From positions 96,001-160,000 of the forward strand of contig OY970218.1 in the NCBI GenBank assembly GCA_963713975.1: a stretch of 64,000 bases of DNA, read 5' to 3'. Under the pieces are notes generated by a model that saw nothing but the letters and a program-made list of their open reading frames with translations, made no database searches and had not been told where the DNA came from. Shown piece by piece: positions 9,682 through 18,803 of this stretch. The DNA comes from an uncultured Chloroflexia bacterium (GTDB taxonomy: Bacteria; Chloroflexota; Limnocylindria; Limnocylindrales; CSP1-4). Each line of letters starts with the position of its first letter. Position 1 is the stretch's first letter. The position numbers were made by a program, and so were the translations under genes.

Positions 9682-10527
9682 TCACTCCGCCTGGATCACC
9701 ACCGCGCCGACGCAGCCCGGCCCCAGGTGGGGGCCCACGGACGGCCCGACCGTCATCACCTGGACCTGGGACGCGTCCAGCCCGGATCGTTCGAGGAACC
9801 GGTCGCGGAACTCCTCCGCGTCGGCCCGGGTCGTGTGCAGGATCGACGCCCGCTCGAGCGGCCTGCGGGTCAGCAGCTCCAGAGCCCGCTCCCGGGCCTT
9901 GGCGCGTGTTCGCACCCGGTCTGCGTTCTCCACCACCCCGTCGATCACGGTGATGATCGGCTTGATCGAGAGCATCGTGCCGACGGCCGCCCGGGTGCCG
10001 CTGATGCGACCACCGCGCTTGAGGTACTCGAGCGTGTCCAGGGCCACGTACAGGTCCACGCGCGCCTTCCGCTCTTCGATGAGACGTGCGATCTCGCCGC
10101 CCGAGAGCCCCTGCGCCGCGAGCTCGGCACCGATCTGCGCGAGCATCCCGTGACCCATGGACGCCGACCTGGAGTCGATCACGTGGATCTCGTGATCGGG
10201 CAGGCTGGCGGCGCCGATCTGGGCTGCCTTGAGGGTCCCGGACAGGTCGCCCGACACGGTCACGCAGACGACCGCATCGGCACCGGCATCGAAGGCGGCC
10301 TGGTAGGCGACGGTGAAGTCGCCAGGGGAGGCGGCGGCGGTGGTGGGGAACGGCGAGTCGGGGGCCGTCATCCGGGCCCAGAACTCATCGGTCGTCATGG
10401 TGACGTTGGGGCGGAACGAATCCGGGCCAAAGCTCACGACCAGCGGGACGACGGTGATCCCCGCGCTTGCGGCGACGTCGGGCGGCAGATCGCTCGCGGA
10501 GTCGGTGACGATCGCGACATGGGACAC
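9682..10527 (-). CDS. DegV family fatty-acid-binding protein
   Basis: IVTDSASDLP, PTTAAASPG, SGDLSGT, VIDSRSAS, LEYLKRGGRI and HLGPG motifs; AAGGAG RBS before GTG 10527. Confidence 0.93.
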   Translation of the reverse strand: MSHVAIVTDSASDLPPDVAASAGITVVPLVVSFGPDSFRPNVTMTTDEFWARMTAPDSPFPTTAAASPGDFTVAYQAAFDAGADAVVCVTVSGDLSGTLKAAQIGAASLPDHEIHVIDSRSASMGHGMLAQIGAELAAQGLSGGEIARLIEERKARVDLYVALDTLEYLKRGGRISGTRAAVGTMLSIKPIITVIDGVVENADRVRTRAKARERALELLTRRPLERASILHTTRADAEEFRDRFLERSGLDASQVQVMTVGPSVGPHLGPGCVGAVVIQAE

Positions 10528-10693
10528 GGTCCTGGCTCCTTCTCGGACGAGGTCGGCGGCCGCCCGCCTGGCGGATACCTCGTCGCGTGGATCATACGGA
10601 CCGGGTTCGCGCCGGGAACCACCGGGCGACACGGCGCACGGGGCCACCGGTACGACCGCCGCCGGGGGGTCTCGACCCGATACGCTGCACGGC

Positions 10694-11980
10694 ATGGACA
10701 TGGCGCGTCCCGTCCTTGCGGTCATCATCGGCACCTTCACGCTGCGTCTCGCGACCGGCGTGACCGGCGCCATGCTCATCTACTACTACGCCGCGTTCCC
10801 GGCGCACGGCGGGGGGACGGTGGATGCGTGGGAGGTGGGCGTCCTCGGCGCACTGTTCTACGCAAGCGAGCTGCTGCTGTCGCCCGTCTTCGGCGTTCTG
10901 TCGGACCGCGTCGGGCACCGGCGGATCATGCTCCTGGGCCCGGCTTTCGGGGCGGTCGCGGTGATCATCACGGCGTTCACGGTGAGCCTGCCCGTGATCG
11001 GGCTCACGCGCCTGCTGGAGGGGGCATCCACGGCGGCATCGGTCCCATCGATCCTCGGGTTCATCGCCTTCGCGACCGCGAGCAGCGAGCTGCTGCGGGG
11101 CAAGGCCGTCGCGCGCTTCGAGGCGGCGACGCTCGCGGGCCTGATGCTGGGGTTCGTGGTTGCGGGCCCGCTGTTCAGCGCCCTGGGACCCGCGGCATTC
11201 CTGGTCAATGCGTTGGTGTACGGCGTGTCCTACGCGATCTACCGCTGGGGCGTCCCGGTGGACGCGGAGCCGGAGCCGGCGGCGCGCAGCCACGATGCCG
11301 GCGAAGGCCTGCGGCGCTACCTGCGGATCCTGCGCGGCTCGCACGTCTGGCTCCTGGCGCCCACCTGGATCGCCCTCAACGCGACGCTGGGCCTGTACAC
11401 CAGCCAGACGCTGTTCCAGCTGGTGCGGGAGCCGGACCCGAGCTTCGCCGGCCAGCAGCTGATGGGCGGCTTCGACCCGCTCCAGGTAAGTGCCGTCCTG
11501 GCAGTGGCAGGGCTGCTGTTCTTCGCTGGCCTGTTCTACTGGGGCGGCAGGTTCCGCTCCCTGCGCCGGAGCTCGATCATCATCTATGGCATCGGCGGTG
11601 GCGTGGCGCTGCTGCTTGCCGCCATGGCGATCAACCATGCGGCGGGCGCCCCCCCGCTGATGCTGATTGCCCTGATCGTCGCCGCCGGCGCCGGCCTGTT
11701 CGTGCTGGCCGGGGCAACGCCGGCGGCGATCGGGCTCCTCGCCGACATGACAGAGGCCTACCCCGACGACCGGGGGGCGATCATGGGCCTGTACTCGGTG
11801 TTCCTCGGACTGGGGCAGATCGTGGGCAGCATCATGGGCGGCATCGCGGCGGAGAGCGCGGGGCTCGACGGGATCTTCGTGGCATCGTTCATCCTGCTCG
11901 CTATCGCCATCCTCCCGATCAGTCGCCTGCGCCGCTACGAGCACCGCGTGGGCCGCGTGGAGAACCCGGTCCATGGTTGA
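10694..11980 (+). CDS. MFS transporter
   Basis: 12-TM pattern, GVLSDRVGHRR motif A, DRGAIMGLYS; stop overlaps the ggt start. Confidence 0.88.
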   Translation: MDMARPVLAVIIGTFTLRLATGVTGAMLIYYYAAFPAHGGGTVDAWEVGVLGALFYASELLLSPVFGVLSDRVGHRRIMLLGPAFGAVAVIITAFTVSLPVIGLTRLLEGASTAASVPSILGFIAFATASSELLRGKAVARFEAATLAGLMLGFVVAGPLFSALGPAAFLVNALVYGVSYAIYRWGVPVDAEPEPAARSHDAGEGLRRYLRILRGSHVWLLAPTWIALNATLGLYTSQTLFQLVREPDPSFAGQQLMGGFDPLQVSAVLAVAGLLFFAGLFYWGGRFRSLRRSSIIIYGIGGGVALLLAAMAINHAAGAPPLMLIALIVAAGAGLFVLAGATPAAIGLLADMTEAYPDDRGAIMGLYSVFLGLGQIVGSIMGGIAAESAGLDGIFVASFILLAIAILPISRLRRYEHRVGRVENPVHG

Positions 11981-13631
11981 GGCGGCAATGGTCCCGGCCC
12001 GGCTCGCCCGGGGAGCCCGTGGCGCGGTCGTGGCGCCGCACCACCTTGCGACCGCCGCCGGTCTCGCGGTCCTCGCCGCCGGCGGCCACGCCGTGGATGC
12101 CGCCATCGCGACCAACGCCGTGCTGGGGGTGGTGATGCCCAACGGCTGCGGGCTCGGGGGCGACGCCTTCTGGCTGGTGTGGGACGAGGTGGCCGGCGAG
12201 CAGGTCGCCCTCAACGGCTCGGGACGGGCTCCGGCCGCCGCGGACGCGGCCGCCATCCGGAACCGGGGCCTGGACCGCATCCCATTGCGCGGTCCGCTCG
12301 GCATCACCGTTCCGGGCGCGGTCCGGTCATGGGCCGACGCCCATCGTCGCTGGGGTCGCCTGGGGCGGGACGTGGTCCTGGCACCGGCGATCGAACAGGC
12401 CGGGGCGGGATTTCCCGCATGGGCCGGCCTGGTCTCGGCGGTGGAGAGCACCGACGCGAGCCTTGGCAACGCACCCTGGACGGCCGGGTTCCGGCAGACC
12501 TGGCGGCCGGCGGGTCGTCCATGGCGGCCCGGCGAGCTTGTCCGGCTGCCCGCCCTGGCATCGACCCTGCAGACGCTCGCGACGGACGGCTTCGACGCCT
12601 TCTACGACGGCGACCTGGGGGAGAGGACCGCAGCCGGACTTGCCGCGGCGGGGGGCCTCCACGGGCCGGCCGACCTGCGCGAGCACCGCAGCACGTGGGC
12701 GACGCCGATCGAGACCACCTACCGCGGCGTCCGGGTGACGACACACCCGCCCAATAGCAGCGGCGTCATCGCCCTTGAGATCCTCAATATCCTGGAGCGG
12801 TTCGAGCCGCCCGACGGGGCGAGGTTCGGAGGTCGCGCCTGGTCCGACGCACGGTGGACGCACCTCCAGCTCGAAGCGGCCAAGCTCGCGTATGGGGACC
12901 GCGACGCCCTCCTGACGGACCCCGCCTTCCGCGACGTGCCCGTCGGACGCCTGCTGTCCGGGGATTACACCGCGGACCTGGCGGCGAGGATCAACCCCCG
13001 GCGAGCGGACCCCTCCCCTCCCCCGGCGCGCACGCTCGTCGGCGGCACGATCTGGCTCGGGGTCGTGGACGCAGACGGCAACGCGGTGAGCCTGATCCAG
13101 TCCAACGCTGCCGGCTTCGGTTCCGGCGTCCTGGACCCCGCGACGGGGATCCACTTCCAGAACCGCGGTGCCTCGTTCTCGCTGGATCCGGCACACCCCA
13201 ACGTGCTCGAGGCTGGCAAGCGGACGGCGCACACGCTCCTGCCCGGGATGCTGTTCCGCTCCGGCGAGCGCCGGCCGTGGGTCGTCGCCGGGTCCATGGG
13301 CGGGGACATCCAGCCGCAGATCCACGTCCAACTGGTGTCCGCGCTCGTGGACGGAGGAGCGGACCTCGCAACGGCAGTTGCCGCGCCACGGGTGACGGTC
13401 GAGCCGGACGGCTGGCTCGCGCCGCCGGTGCGCGTGCAGGCCGACGGGGAGCTTGAGGATGGCGTGCAGGCGGCGCTCGAGACACTCGGCCACCGCGTCG
13501 GACGGACCGCGTACGACGGCAGCCTGGGCCATGAGCACGCGATCGAGCTGGTCGATGGCGGCCCCGCATCGGGCGGCTCGCTGGCAGCCATGACCGACCC
13601 CCGCAGCGCGGGCCTGCCGGCGGTCCGCTGA
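11973..13631 (+). CDS. ggt: Gamma-glutamyltransferase family protein (Ntn hydrolase)
   Basis: GGHAVDAAIA, GLGGDAF, LNGSGRAP, TVPG, PPNSSG, nucleophile Thr (GGTIWLGVVDADGNAVS), QNRG, GKRTAHTL, GSMGGDIQPQ and DPRS motifs. Confidence 0.93.
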   Translation: MVEAAMVPARLARGARGAVVAPHHLATAAGLAVLAAGGHAVDAAIATNAVLGVVMPNGCGLGGDAFWLVWDEVAGEQVALNGSGRAPAAADAAAIRNRGLDRIPLRGPLGITVPGAVRSWADAHRRWGRLGRDVVLAPAIEQAGAGFPAWAGLVSAVESTDASLGNAPWTAGFRQTWRPAGRPWRPGELVRLPALASTLQTLATDGFDAFYDGDLGERTAAGLAAAGGLHGPADLREHRSTWATPIETTYRGVRVTTHPPNSSGVIALEILNILERFEPPDGARFGGRAWSDARWTHLQLEAAKLAYGDRDALLTDPAFRDVPVGRLLSGDYTADLAARINPRRADPSPPPARTLVGGTIWLGVVDADGNAVSLIQSNAAGFGSGVLDPATGIHFQNRGASFSLDPAHPNVLEAGKRTAHTLLPGMLFRSGERRPWVVAGSMGGDIQPQIHVQLVSALVDGGADLATAVAAPRVTVEPDGWLAPPVRVQADGELEDGVQAALETLGHRVGRTAYDGSLGHEHAIELVDGGPASGGSLAAMTDPRSAGLPAVR

Positions 13632-13697
13632 GGCCCGCGCTCCGGTCTGTTGACGTACGCGTGCCGGTCTGCCGACCCCGATTGAGCCGGGACCGGA

Positions 13698-13706
13698 TGG
13701 TATCCT
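13698..13706 (+). promoter_or_regulatory. Extended -10 promoter (TGGTATCCT) for the small Cys-rich gene and azlCD
   Basis: TGn-TATCCT about 70 nt upstream of the GTG start. Confidence 0.55.
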
Positions 13707-13775
13707 CCGCCAGCCGGTGGCAGTCGCGATGCACGCATTGCCTCCCTCGGCACGAGTGTGACAGCGGAGGGATCG

Positions 13776-14048
13776 GTGACCTCGAACGTCGGCCAGAACT
13801 ACCCCTATACCAGCGAGACCGAGGCGGAGCGTGCGACGCGCATCGCAGCGCTCGTCGAGGGGCGCGAGGGCCTGGCCGAGAAGCTCCGGGCAGAGGCGAG
13901 CGATCTGGATCACAACGATCGCTGGTGGGTGTGGAAGTGCCCCACCGCCGGTTGCGAGGGCCTCCTTCACGCGGCGGGCTACGCCGCCGAGAAGCACGCC
14001 GTCTACACGGTGTGCGATGGGACCTGCGCCCGGACCTTCCTCCGTTAG
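13776..14048 (+). CDS. Small Cys/His-rich putative zinc-binding protein (90 aa)
   Basis: GGAGGGA RBS; strong codon bias; WKCPTAGCEGLLH...VCDGTC pattern. Confidence 0.78.
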   Translation: MTSNVGQNYPYTSETEAERATRIAALVEGREGLAEKLRAEASDLDHNDRWWVWKCPTAGCEGLLHAAGYAAEKHAVYTVCDGTCARTFLR

Positions 14049-14060
14049 CCCCGGCGGGGC

Positions 14061-14897
14061 ATGACCATCCCGGCGGAGGACGTCGCCGGCCCGGCCCCGG
14101 CATCGCCCAACCTGTCCCATGCCCGCAACCGGCTCCTGCTCGACACGGCGGGAATCGCCGTGTCCGCCATCGGCTTCGGGTTCGTGTTCGGGCTTGCCGC
14201 TCGCAACGCGGGCTACTCCCCCATCGAGGCGAGCGCGATGAGCGTCTTCGCGTTCGCCGGGGCAGCGCAGTTCGCGGCGGTCGGCTACGTGAGCGCCGGG
14301 TTGCCGTGGCTGCCGATCCTGGTGCTCACGTTCTTCCTCAACGCCCGCCACCTGCTGTACAGCGCCTCGCTGGCTCCGCGCCTGCGCGCCGTTCCTTTCG
14401 CCCAGCGCGCCGCCATGGCGCACGTGCTCACGGACGAGGCCTTCGCGCTGGCGGCGGCGCACTTCCACCGGGTGGGGCGCGTGGACGTGCCCGGGTACTG
14501 GATCGGGGCGATCCTGGGCGTGTTCATTCCGTGGAACCTCGCCACGCTCGCCGGCGTGCTGCTGGGTGGCGCCATCGTCGACCCGTCGGCATTCGGGCTC
14601 GACATGGTGTTCCCCGCCGCGATGGCAGGGCTGGCCGTGGGGCTCATCACGGGCCGCCGCGAGATCGTGGCCGCGAGTGCCGGTGCCGGTCTCGGCGTGA
14701 CGCTCTCGGTCCTGGCGGGACCCAGCGCGGGCATCGTGGCGGGCGGGCTGCTGGGGCCCCTGGTCGCGATGGCGATGCCCGAAGGCGGACCGCACGTCGT
14801 CCCCGAGTCGGACCTGACCGGGCTCCCCGTGGACGTCGACGGGGCCATGGTCGAGGTGGAGGAGCTGGGCGGGTCACCGGCCGGGGACACCCGATGA
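14061..14897 (+). CDS. azlC: AzlC family branched-chain amino acid exporter permease
   Basis: MSVFAFAGAAQF, NARHLLYS, LTDEAFA and FGLDMVFPA motifs. Confidence 0.92.
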   Translation: MTIPAEDVAGPAPASPNLSHARNRLLLDTAGIAVSAIGFGFVFGLAARNAGYSPIEASAMSVFAFAGAAQFAAVGYVSAGLPWLPILVLTFFLNARHLLYSASLAPRLRAVPFAQRAAMAHVLTDEAFALAAAHFHRVGRVDVPGYWIGAILGVFIPWNLATLAGVLLGGAIVDPSAFGLDMVFPAAMAGLAVGLITGRREIVAASAGAGLGVTLSVLAGPSAGIVAGGLLGPLVAMAMPEGGPHVVPESDLTGLPVDVDGAMVEVEELGGSPAGDTR

Positions 14898-15226
14898 GCA
14901 CCCAACTGGTCCTCCTGGCACTGCTCATGGCTGCCGTGACCTATCCCTCCCGCGCGTTGCCCCTCCTCGCCCCGGGCATCGAGCGACTGCCGCCGCGTGC
15001 CCTGCTCTACCTGCGGCTGGTGGGTCCGGCGATCCTTGCGGCCATCGCCGCCACGGAGGTGCTCGTCCAGGCGGACGATGCCGGCGCGCGGTCGATCGTC
15101 CTGGGTCCGGAGATCCTGGGCCTCGTGGCGTGCGTGGCGATCGTGGCCTGGCGCCGGAACCTGCTCCTCGGCCTGGTCGGCGGCGTGGGGCTGGTCGCGA
15201 TCCTCCGGGCTGCGGGCGTCGGGTAG
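14894..15226 (+). CDS. azlD: AzlD domain membrane protein
   Basis: MAAVTYPSRALP and VGPAILAA motifs; ATGA overlap with azlC. Confidence 0.88.
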   Translation: MSTQLVLLALLMAAVTYPSRALPLLAPGIERLPPRALLYLRLVGPAILAAIAATEVLVQADDAGARSIVLGPEILGLVACVAIVAWRRNLLLGLVGGVGLVAILRAAGVG

Positions 15227-15238
15227 GACCGGCGTCGG

Positions 15239-15625
15239 TCAGGCTCGACGAGCCTCGGCCTCCACCTCGACGAGCAGGCTCGGCCGAATCAGTCGTGCCA
15301 CGACCACCAGCGTCGCCGCGGGCCGGACGCGCCCGAACAGCTCACCGTGCACGGCGGCAACCGCGTCAGCGTCAGCAGGATCCGTGAGGTACATCCGGGT
15401 CCGGACCACGTCCTCGACCGCGAACCCGGCCTCCTCCAGCGCTGCCGCGACGATCGCGAACGCCGCACGTACCTGCGCCGGCGCGTCACCCGGGTGCAGC
15501 GACTCGCCGTCCGGGCCCGCGTCGGTGGTGCCCGAGACGAAGCAGGCGTCCCCGACGGCGACGGCCCGGGCGTACCCCGCCCTCGCCTCCCACGGCCCAC
15601 CGCTCGCGACCTGGCGACGGCTCAT
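15239..15625 (-). CDS. RidA/YjgF family protein
   Basis: GYARAV, VSGTT, DVVRTRMY, RPAATLV and LVEVEA motifs. Confidence 0.9.
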   Translation of the reverse strand: MSRRQVASGGPWEARAGYARAVAVGDACFVSGTTDAGPDGESLHPGDAPAQVRAAFAIVAAALEEAGFAVEDVVRTRMYLTDPADADAVAAVHGELFGRVRPAATLVVVARLIRPSLLVEVEAEARRA

Positions 15626-15656
15626 TGGCGACCCCGGGTCGCAGCGCGACGCCGGA

Positions 15657-16907
15657 TCACAGCCCGACGCCGGCCTTCCCCATCCGCTGCGAGCGCCAGC
15701 GGCCGACCTCAGGATCCCTGCCGATCGAGGCGATCAACGCCGCCAGGAGGGTGGTCCGGGGCACGATCGAGGCGACCTCGAGGTACTCGCCGGGTGAATG
15801 GTCGAGACCGCCGATCGGTCCCAATCCGTCGAGGGTCGGGACCCCCATCGACGCCGTCGTGTTCGCGTCCGAGGCGCCACCGGTCGCGGCATCCCGGAGC
15901 TCGAACCCAAGCTGGGCGGCAAGTCCCACGGCGTGGTCGACGAGCCGTCCGGACCTTGCCAGCTTCTCCATCGGCAGGTGGCGCGCGCTCTCGGCCACGG
16001 TGACGGTGACGTCGGGCACAGTGCGGGGAATGAGGATCTCGCGGATGGCCGCCTCGACCTCCTCGAGTCCTCCCCGGGTCACCGCGCGCACGTCCACCTC
16101 CAGCGTGCATCGATCCGCGACCACGTTGGGCCGCGTCCCGCCTTCGATCACGCCCACGTTCACGGTCACGCCGGGCCAGCGCCCGTTGAGCCCGTGGAGG
16201 TCCGTGGTGATCCGCGCCGCCTCCACGATCGCGCTGCGCCCCTTCTCCGGCTCGACCCCGGCGTGGGCGGCGCGCCCACCGACGGTGATGGTCAGGTCGA
16301 GCGTGCCCTTGCGCGACGAGACGATGTCGCCGTTCTGCCGGGCGCACTCGAGCGAGAGGCAGGCATCGGCCTCCGCGGCCAGGCGGCGAATGTGCGGCGT
16401 CGACGCGGGCGACCCGATCTCCTCGTCCGGGTTGGCCACGAACAGGAGGCGCGCCAGCGGCACGCCGCCCAGCGCCTCGCGCAGGGCCGCGATCGCATAC
16501 AGCCCGCTGAGCAGGCCGCTCTTCATGTCCGTGACCCCGGGGCCGGTGGCGATGCCGCCCTGGATGGCAAACGGGCGCTCCGCGGCGGTCCCGGGGTCGA
16601 ACACGGTGTCCATGTGGCCGACGCACAGGAGCGTCGGCCCGGCGGGGTGGGATCCACGCAGCTCGCCGATCACGGTCACCCCGAGGTCCAGGTCGTTCTC
16701 GTGGCAGGTCACCCTGAAGCCGAGTGCCCGCAGGCGCTCCGCCGTCCAGCGGGCGACCGTGTCCACGCCTTGCCTGGTGTAGCTGCCGCAATCCGTGTTG
16801 ACGAGGCGCTCCAGGTCCGCGAGGAGGGTGGGGTAGGCGCGCTCGACACTCGCGCGAAGCGCGGCCAGCTCCTCGGTGTGGATCAGCGTCCTGGGATCGG
16901 GCGTCAT
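15657..16907 (-). CDS. M20 family metallopeptidase (glutamate carboxypeptidase G2-like)
   Basis: GHMDTVF, GPGVTDMKSG, DEEIGS, AAHAG, GGASDAN and DHSPGEY metal-binding motifs; no signal peptide. Confidence 0.92.
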   Translation of the reverse strand: MTPDPRTLIHTEELAALRASVERAYPTLLADLERLVNTDCGSYTRQGVDTVARWTAERLRALGFRVTCHENDLDLGVTVIGELRGSHPAGPTLLCVGHMDTVFDPGTAAERPFAIQGGIATGPGVTDMKSGLLSGLYAIAALREALGGVPLARLLFVANPDEEIGSPASTPHIRRLAAEADACLSLECARQNGDIVSSRKGTLDLTITVGGRAAHAGVEPEKGRSAIVEAARITTDLHGLNGRWPGVTVNVGVIEGGTRPNVVADRCTLEVDVRAVTRGGLEEVEAAIREILIPRTVPDVTVTVAESARHLPMEKLARSGRLVDHAVGLAAQLGFELRDAATGGASDANTTASMGVPTLDGLGPIGGLDHSPGEYLEVASIVPRTTLLAALIASIGRDPEVGRWRSQRMGKAGVGL

Positions 16908-16976
16908 GGGTTGAGTCTACGACCGGACGCCACCGGGCACCTGACCCTGTTCCGGCTCGCGTAGAGTTTCGGCACC
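16908..16976. promoter_or_regulatory. Compact bidirectional promoter between the M20 peptidase and the CphA-like Mur ligase
   Basis: TAGACT on the minus strand (16914-16919), 6 nt from the M20 ATG; TAGAGT on the plus strand (16962-16967), 9 nt from the GTG at 16977; no SD on either side. Confidence 0.6.
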
Positions 16977-18767
16977 GTGCGACTCATCGAGATCCGACTG
17001 CTCGAGGGACCCAACGTCTACCGGCTGCTGCCGGTGGTCAAGGTCGAGGCCGCCATCGGACGGACACGGGCCTGGAGCGGGTCCCGGACGCCGGATGGTG
17101 CGGCGCTGGTCCAACTCGCCAGGGTCGTTCCACCCCGCGCCTGGCCGGACGCGATCGCCGACCTCGTCGCATGGACGCGCCGGCTGCGGGCGGAGCACGG
17201 TGAGCACGGCGGGCCCGTCCATGTCCATCGGGCATCCGATGACGGGCGCTGGGTGGTCACCTGGCCGTGGGATGGCGCCGAACGGGCGCGAGCGATCGCA
17301 GAGGCGGCCGCGGACCTCGCGGCGCGCTCCGTCTCGCCTGGCCGAAGGGTCCGGCTGACCGGGACGCAGGCGCGGCGGGTCGAGATGTGGGCGACGCGGA
17401 TCGCCGAGGCGGGAGCCACGCCGCCATCATGGATCCGGGACCTGGACCGGCGGATGCCCGTCGTGTCGATCACCGGGACCAACGGCAAGTCCACGGTCAC
17501 GCGCCTGATCACGCACATCCTGCAGCTGGCCGGCCATCGCACCGGCGCGACGACCAGCGATGGGATCCTCGTGGACGAGCTCCTGGTGGATGCCGGCGAC
17601 TGGACGGGACCGGGCGGTGCAGCGGCGATCCTCGGGCGGACCGATGTGGACGTGGCTGTCCTGGAGACGGCCCGCGGCGGCATCATCCTGCGCGGCATGG
17701 GCTACGAGTCGAACGATGCCAGCGTGTTCACCAACGTTTCGGCCGACCACCTCGACCTCGGGGGCATCCACACGCTGCCGGAGCTGGCGGAGGTCAAGGC
17801 GACGGTCTGCCGGGTGACGAGGTCCGCCGGCACGGTGCTCCTCAATGCGGACGACCCCCTGGTCGCGGCCGTGGCGCGCAGGCTCCACTCGACGGTCGCG
17901 TACTTCTCGCTGGAGCCGGACACCTCCCCCCTCCTCGCCCGCCACCGGCGCGCCGGTGGTCGGGCCTGGGTCCTGCGTGGCGACCGGCTCCTCGAGTGGG
18001 ACGGCACCGACGAGCACGTGCTCCTCGACGTCGCGGACCTGCCCGTGGCGCTCGGTGGGCTTGCCCCGTACAACGTGGCGAACGCGCTGGCGGCGGCCGG
18101 GGGGGCGCGTGCGATGGGCGCCACCAGGGAGCAGGTGACCGAAGGGTTGCGCGACTTCCAGCCCTCGGCTGACCTCTCGCCAGGCCGGCTCAACCTGTTC
18201 CGCCTTGGCCACCGGACAGTGATCGTGGACTTCGCCCACAACGAGGCCGGCACCGAGGCGATCCTCGACGTCGCAGGCGCCATCGCGGCCGGTATGCCGG
18301 GGCCCGCAGCGGCCATGTCGAGACAGGCCGCGCCAGTCACGGCGATCATCGGCACCGCGGGCGATCGGCCAGACGACACCCTGCGCGGCATCGGGCGGAT
18401 CGCGGCGACCCACGCGCGGCGGGTCGCGATCAAGGAGACGCCCGGCTATCTCCGCGGGCGCAAGCGGTCGGAGATCGTGCAGCTGCTCCGCGAGGGTCTT
18501 GCGCTGGGCGGCCTCGATCCGGCCACGGTGCCCGTGTACGGCGGCGAAGCCGAGGCCCTCGTGGAGGAGCTGGCCGGGTCGGGGGCGATTGCGGCAGCCG
18601 GGGGCGGACCGCTGGACGGCCCGCGCGTGGTGGTCCTGTTCTGCCACGCGGAGCGCGACGAGGTCTTCGCGCTTCTCGATCGTCTCGGGGCGAGGGGGAT
18701 GGACGTGACGACCGAGCTGCGCGACACGGCCCGACGGTTCCGGGACGAGGCACACAATTCGGCGTAG
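16977..18767 (+). CDS. Cyanophycin-synthetase-like Mur ligase: degenerate CphA N domain + M domain, no ATP-grasp domain
   Basis: N-terminus MRLIEIRLLEGPNVY resembles the CphA start. It is followed directly by ITGTNGKST, TTSDG, GDWTGP, AVLETARGG, TNVSADHL, LNADD, NVANALAA, PGRLN, DFAHN and GDRPDD. Confidence 0.88.
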   Translation: MRLIEIRLLEGPNVYRLLPVVKVEAAIGRTRAWSGSRTPDGAALVQLARVVPPRAWPDAIADLVAWTRRLRAEHGEHGGPVHVHRASDDGRWVVTWPWDGAERARAIAEAAADLAARSVSPGRRVRLTGTQARRVEMWATRIAEAGATPPSWIRDLDRRMPVVSITGTNGKSTVTRLITHILQLAGHRTGATTSDGILVDELLVDAGDWTGPGGAAAILGRTDVDVAVLETARGGIILRGMGYESNDASVFTNVSADHLDLGGIHTLPELAEVKATVCRVTRSAGTVLLNADDPLVAAVARRLHSTVAYFSLEPDTSPLLARHRRAGGRAWVLRGDRLLEWDGTDEHVLLDVADLPVALGGLAPYNVANALAAAGGARAMGATREQVTEGLRDFQPSADLSPGRLNLFRLGHRTVIVDFAHNEAGTEAILDVAGAIAAGMPGPAAAMSRQAAPVTAIIGTAGDRPDDTLRGIGRIAATHARRVAIKETPGYLRGRKRSEIVQLLREGLALGGLDPATVPVYGGEAEALVEELAGSGAIAAAGGGPLDGPRVVVLFCHAERDEVFALLDRLGARGMDVTTELRDTARRFRDEAHNSA

Positions 18768-18803
18768 GCGCCCGATCTGGACTCGGGGAGCCGCGGCCCT
18801 CGG

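Noticed and set aside
13661-15226. 521-aa ORF ending in AzlD, suggesting a large fusion
   Set aside because: Only the last 110 aa are protein-like; the upstream part overlaps the small Cys-rich gene and azlC in other frames, and azlD has its own ATGA-coupled start at 14894.
16977-18767. Pseudogene of cphA, or a peptidoglycan Mur ligase
   Set aside because: The frame is intact with all M-domain motifs and its own promoter; the motifs (GDWTGP, ETARGG, PGRLN) are CphA-type, and no dcw genes are nearby.
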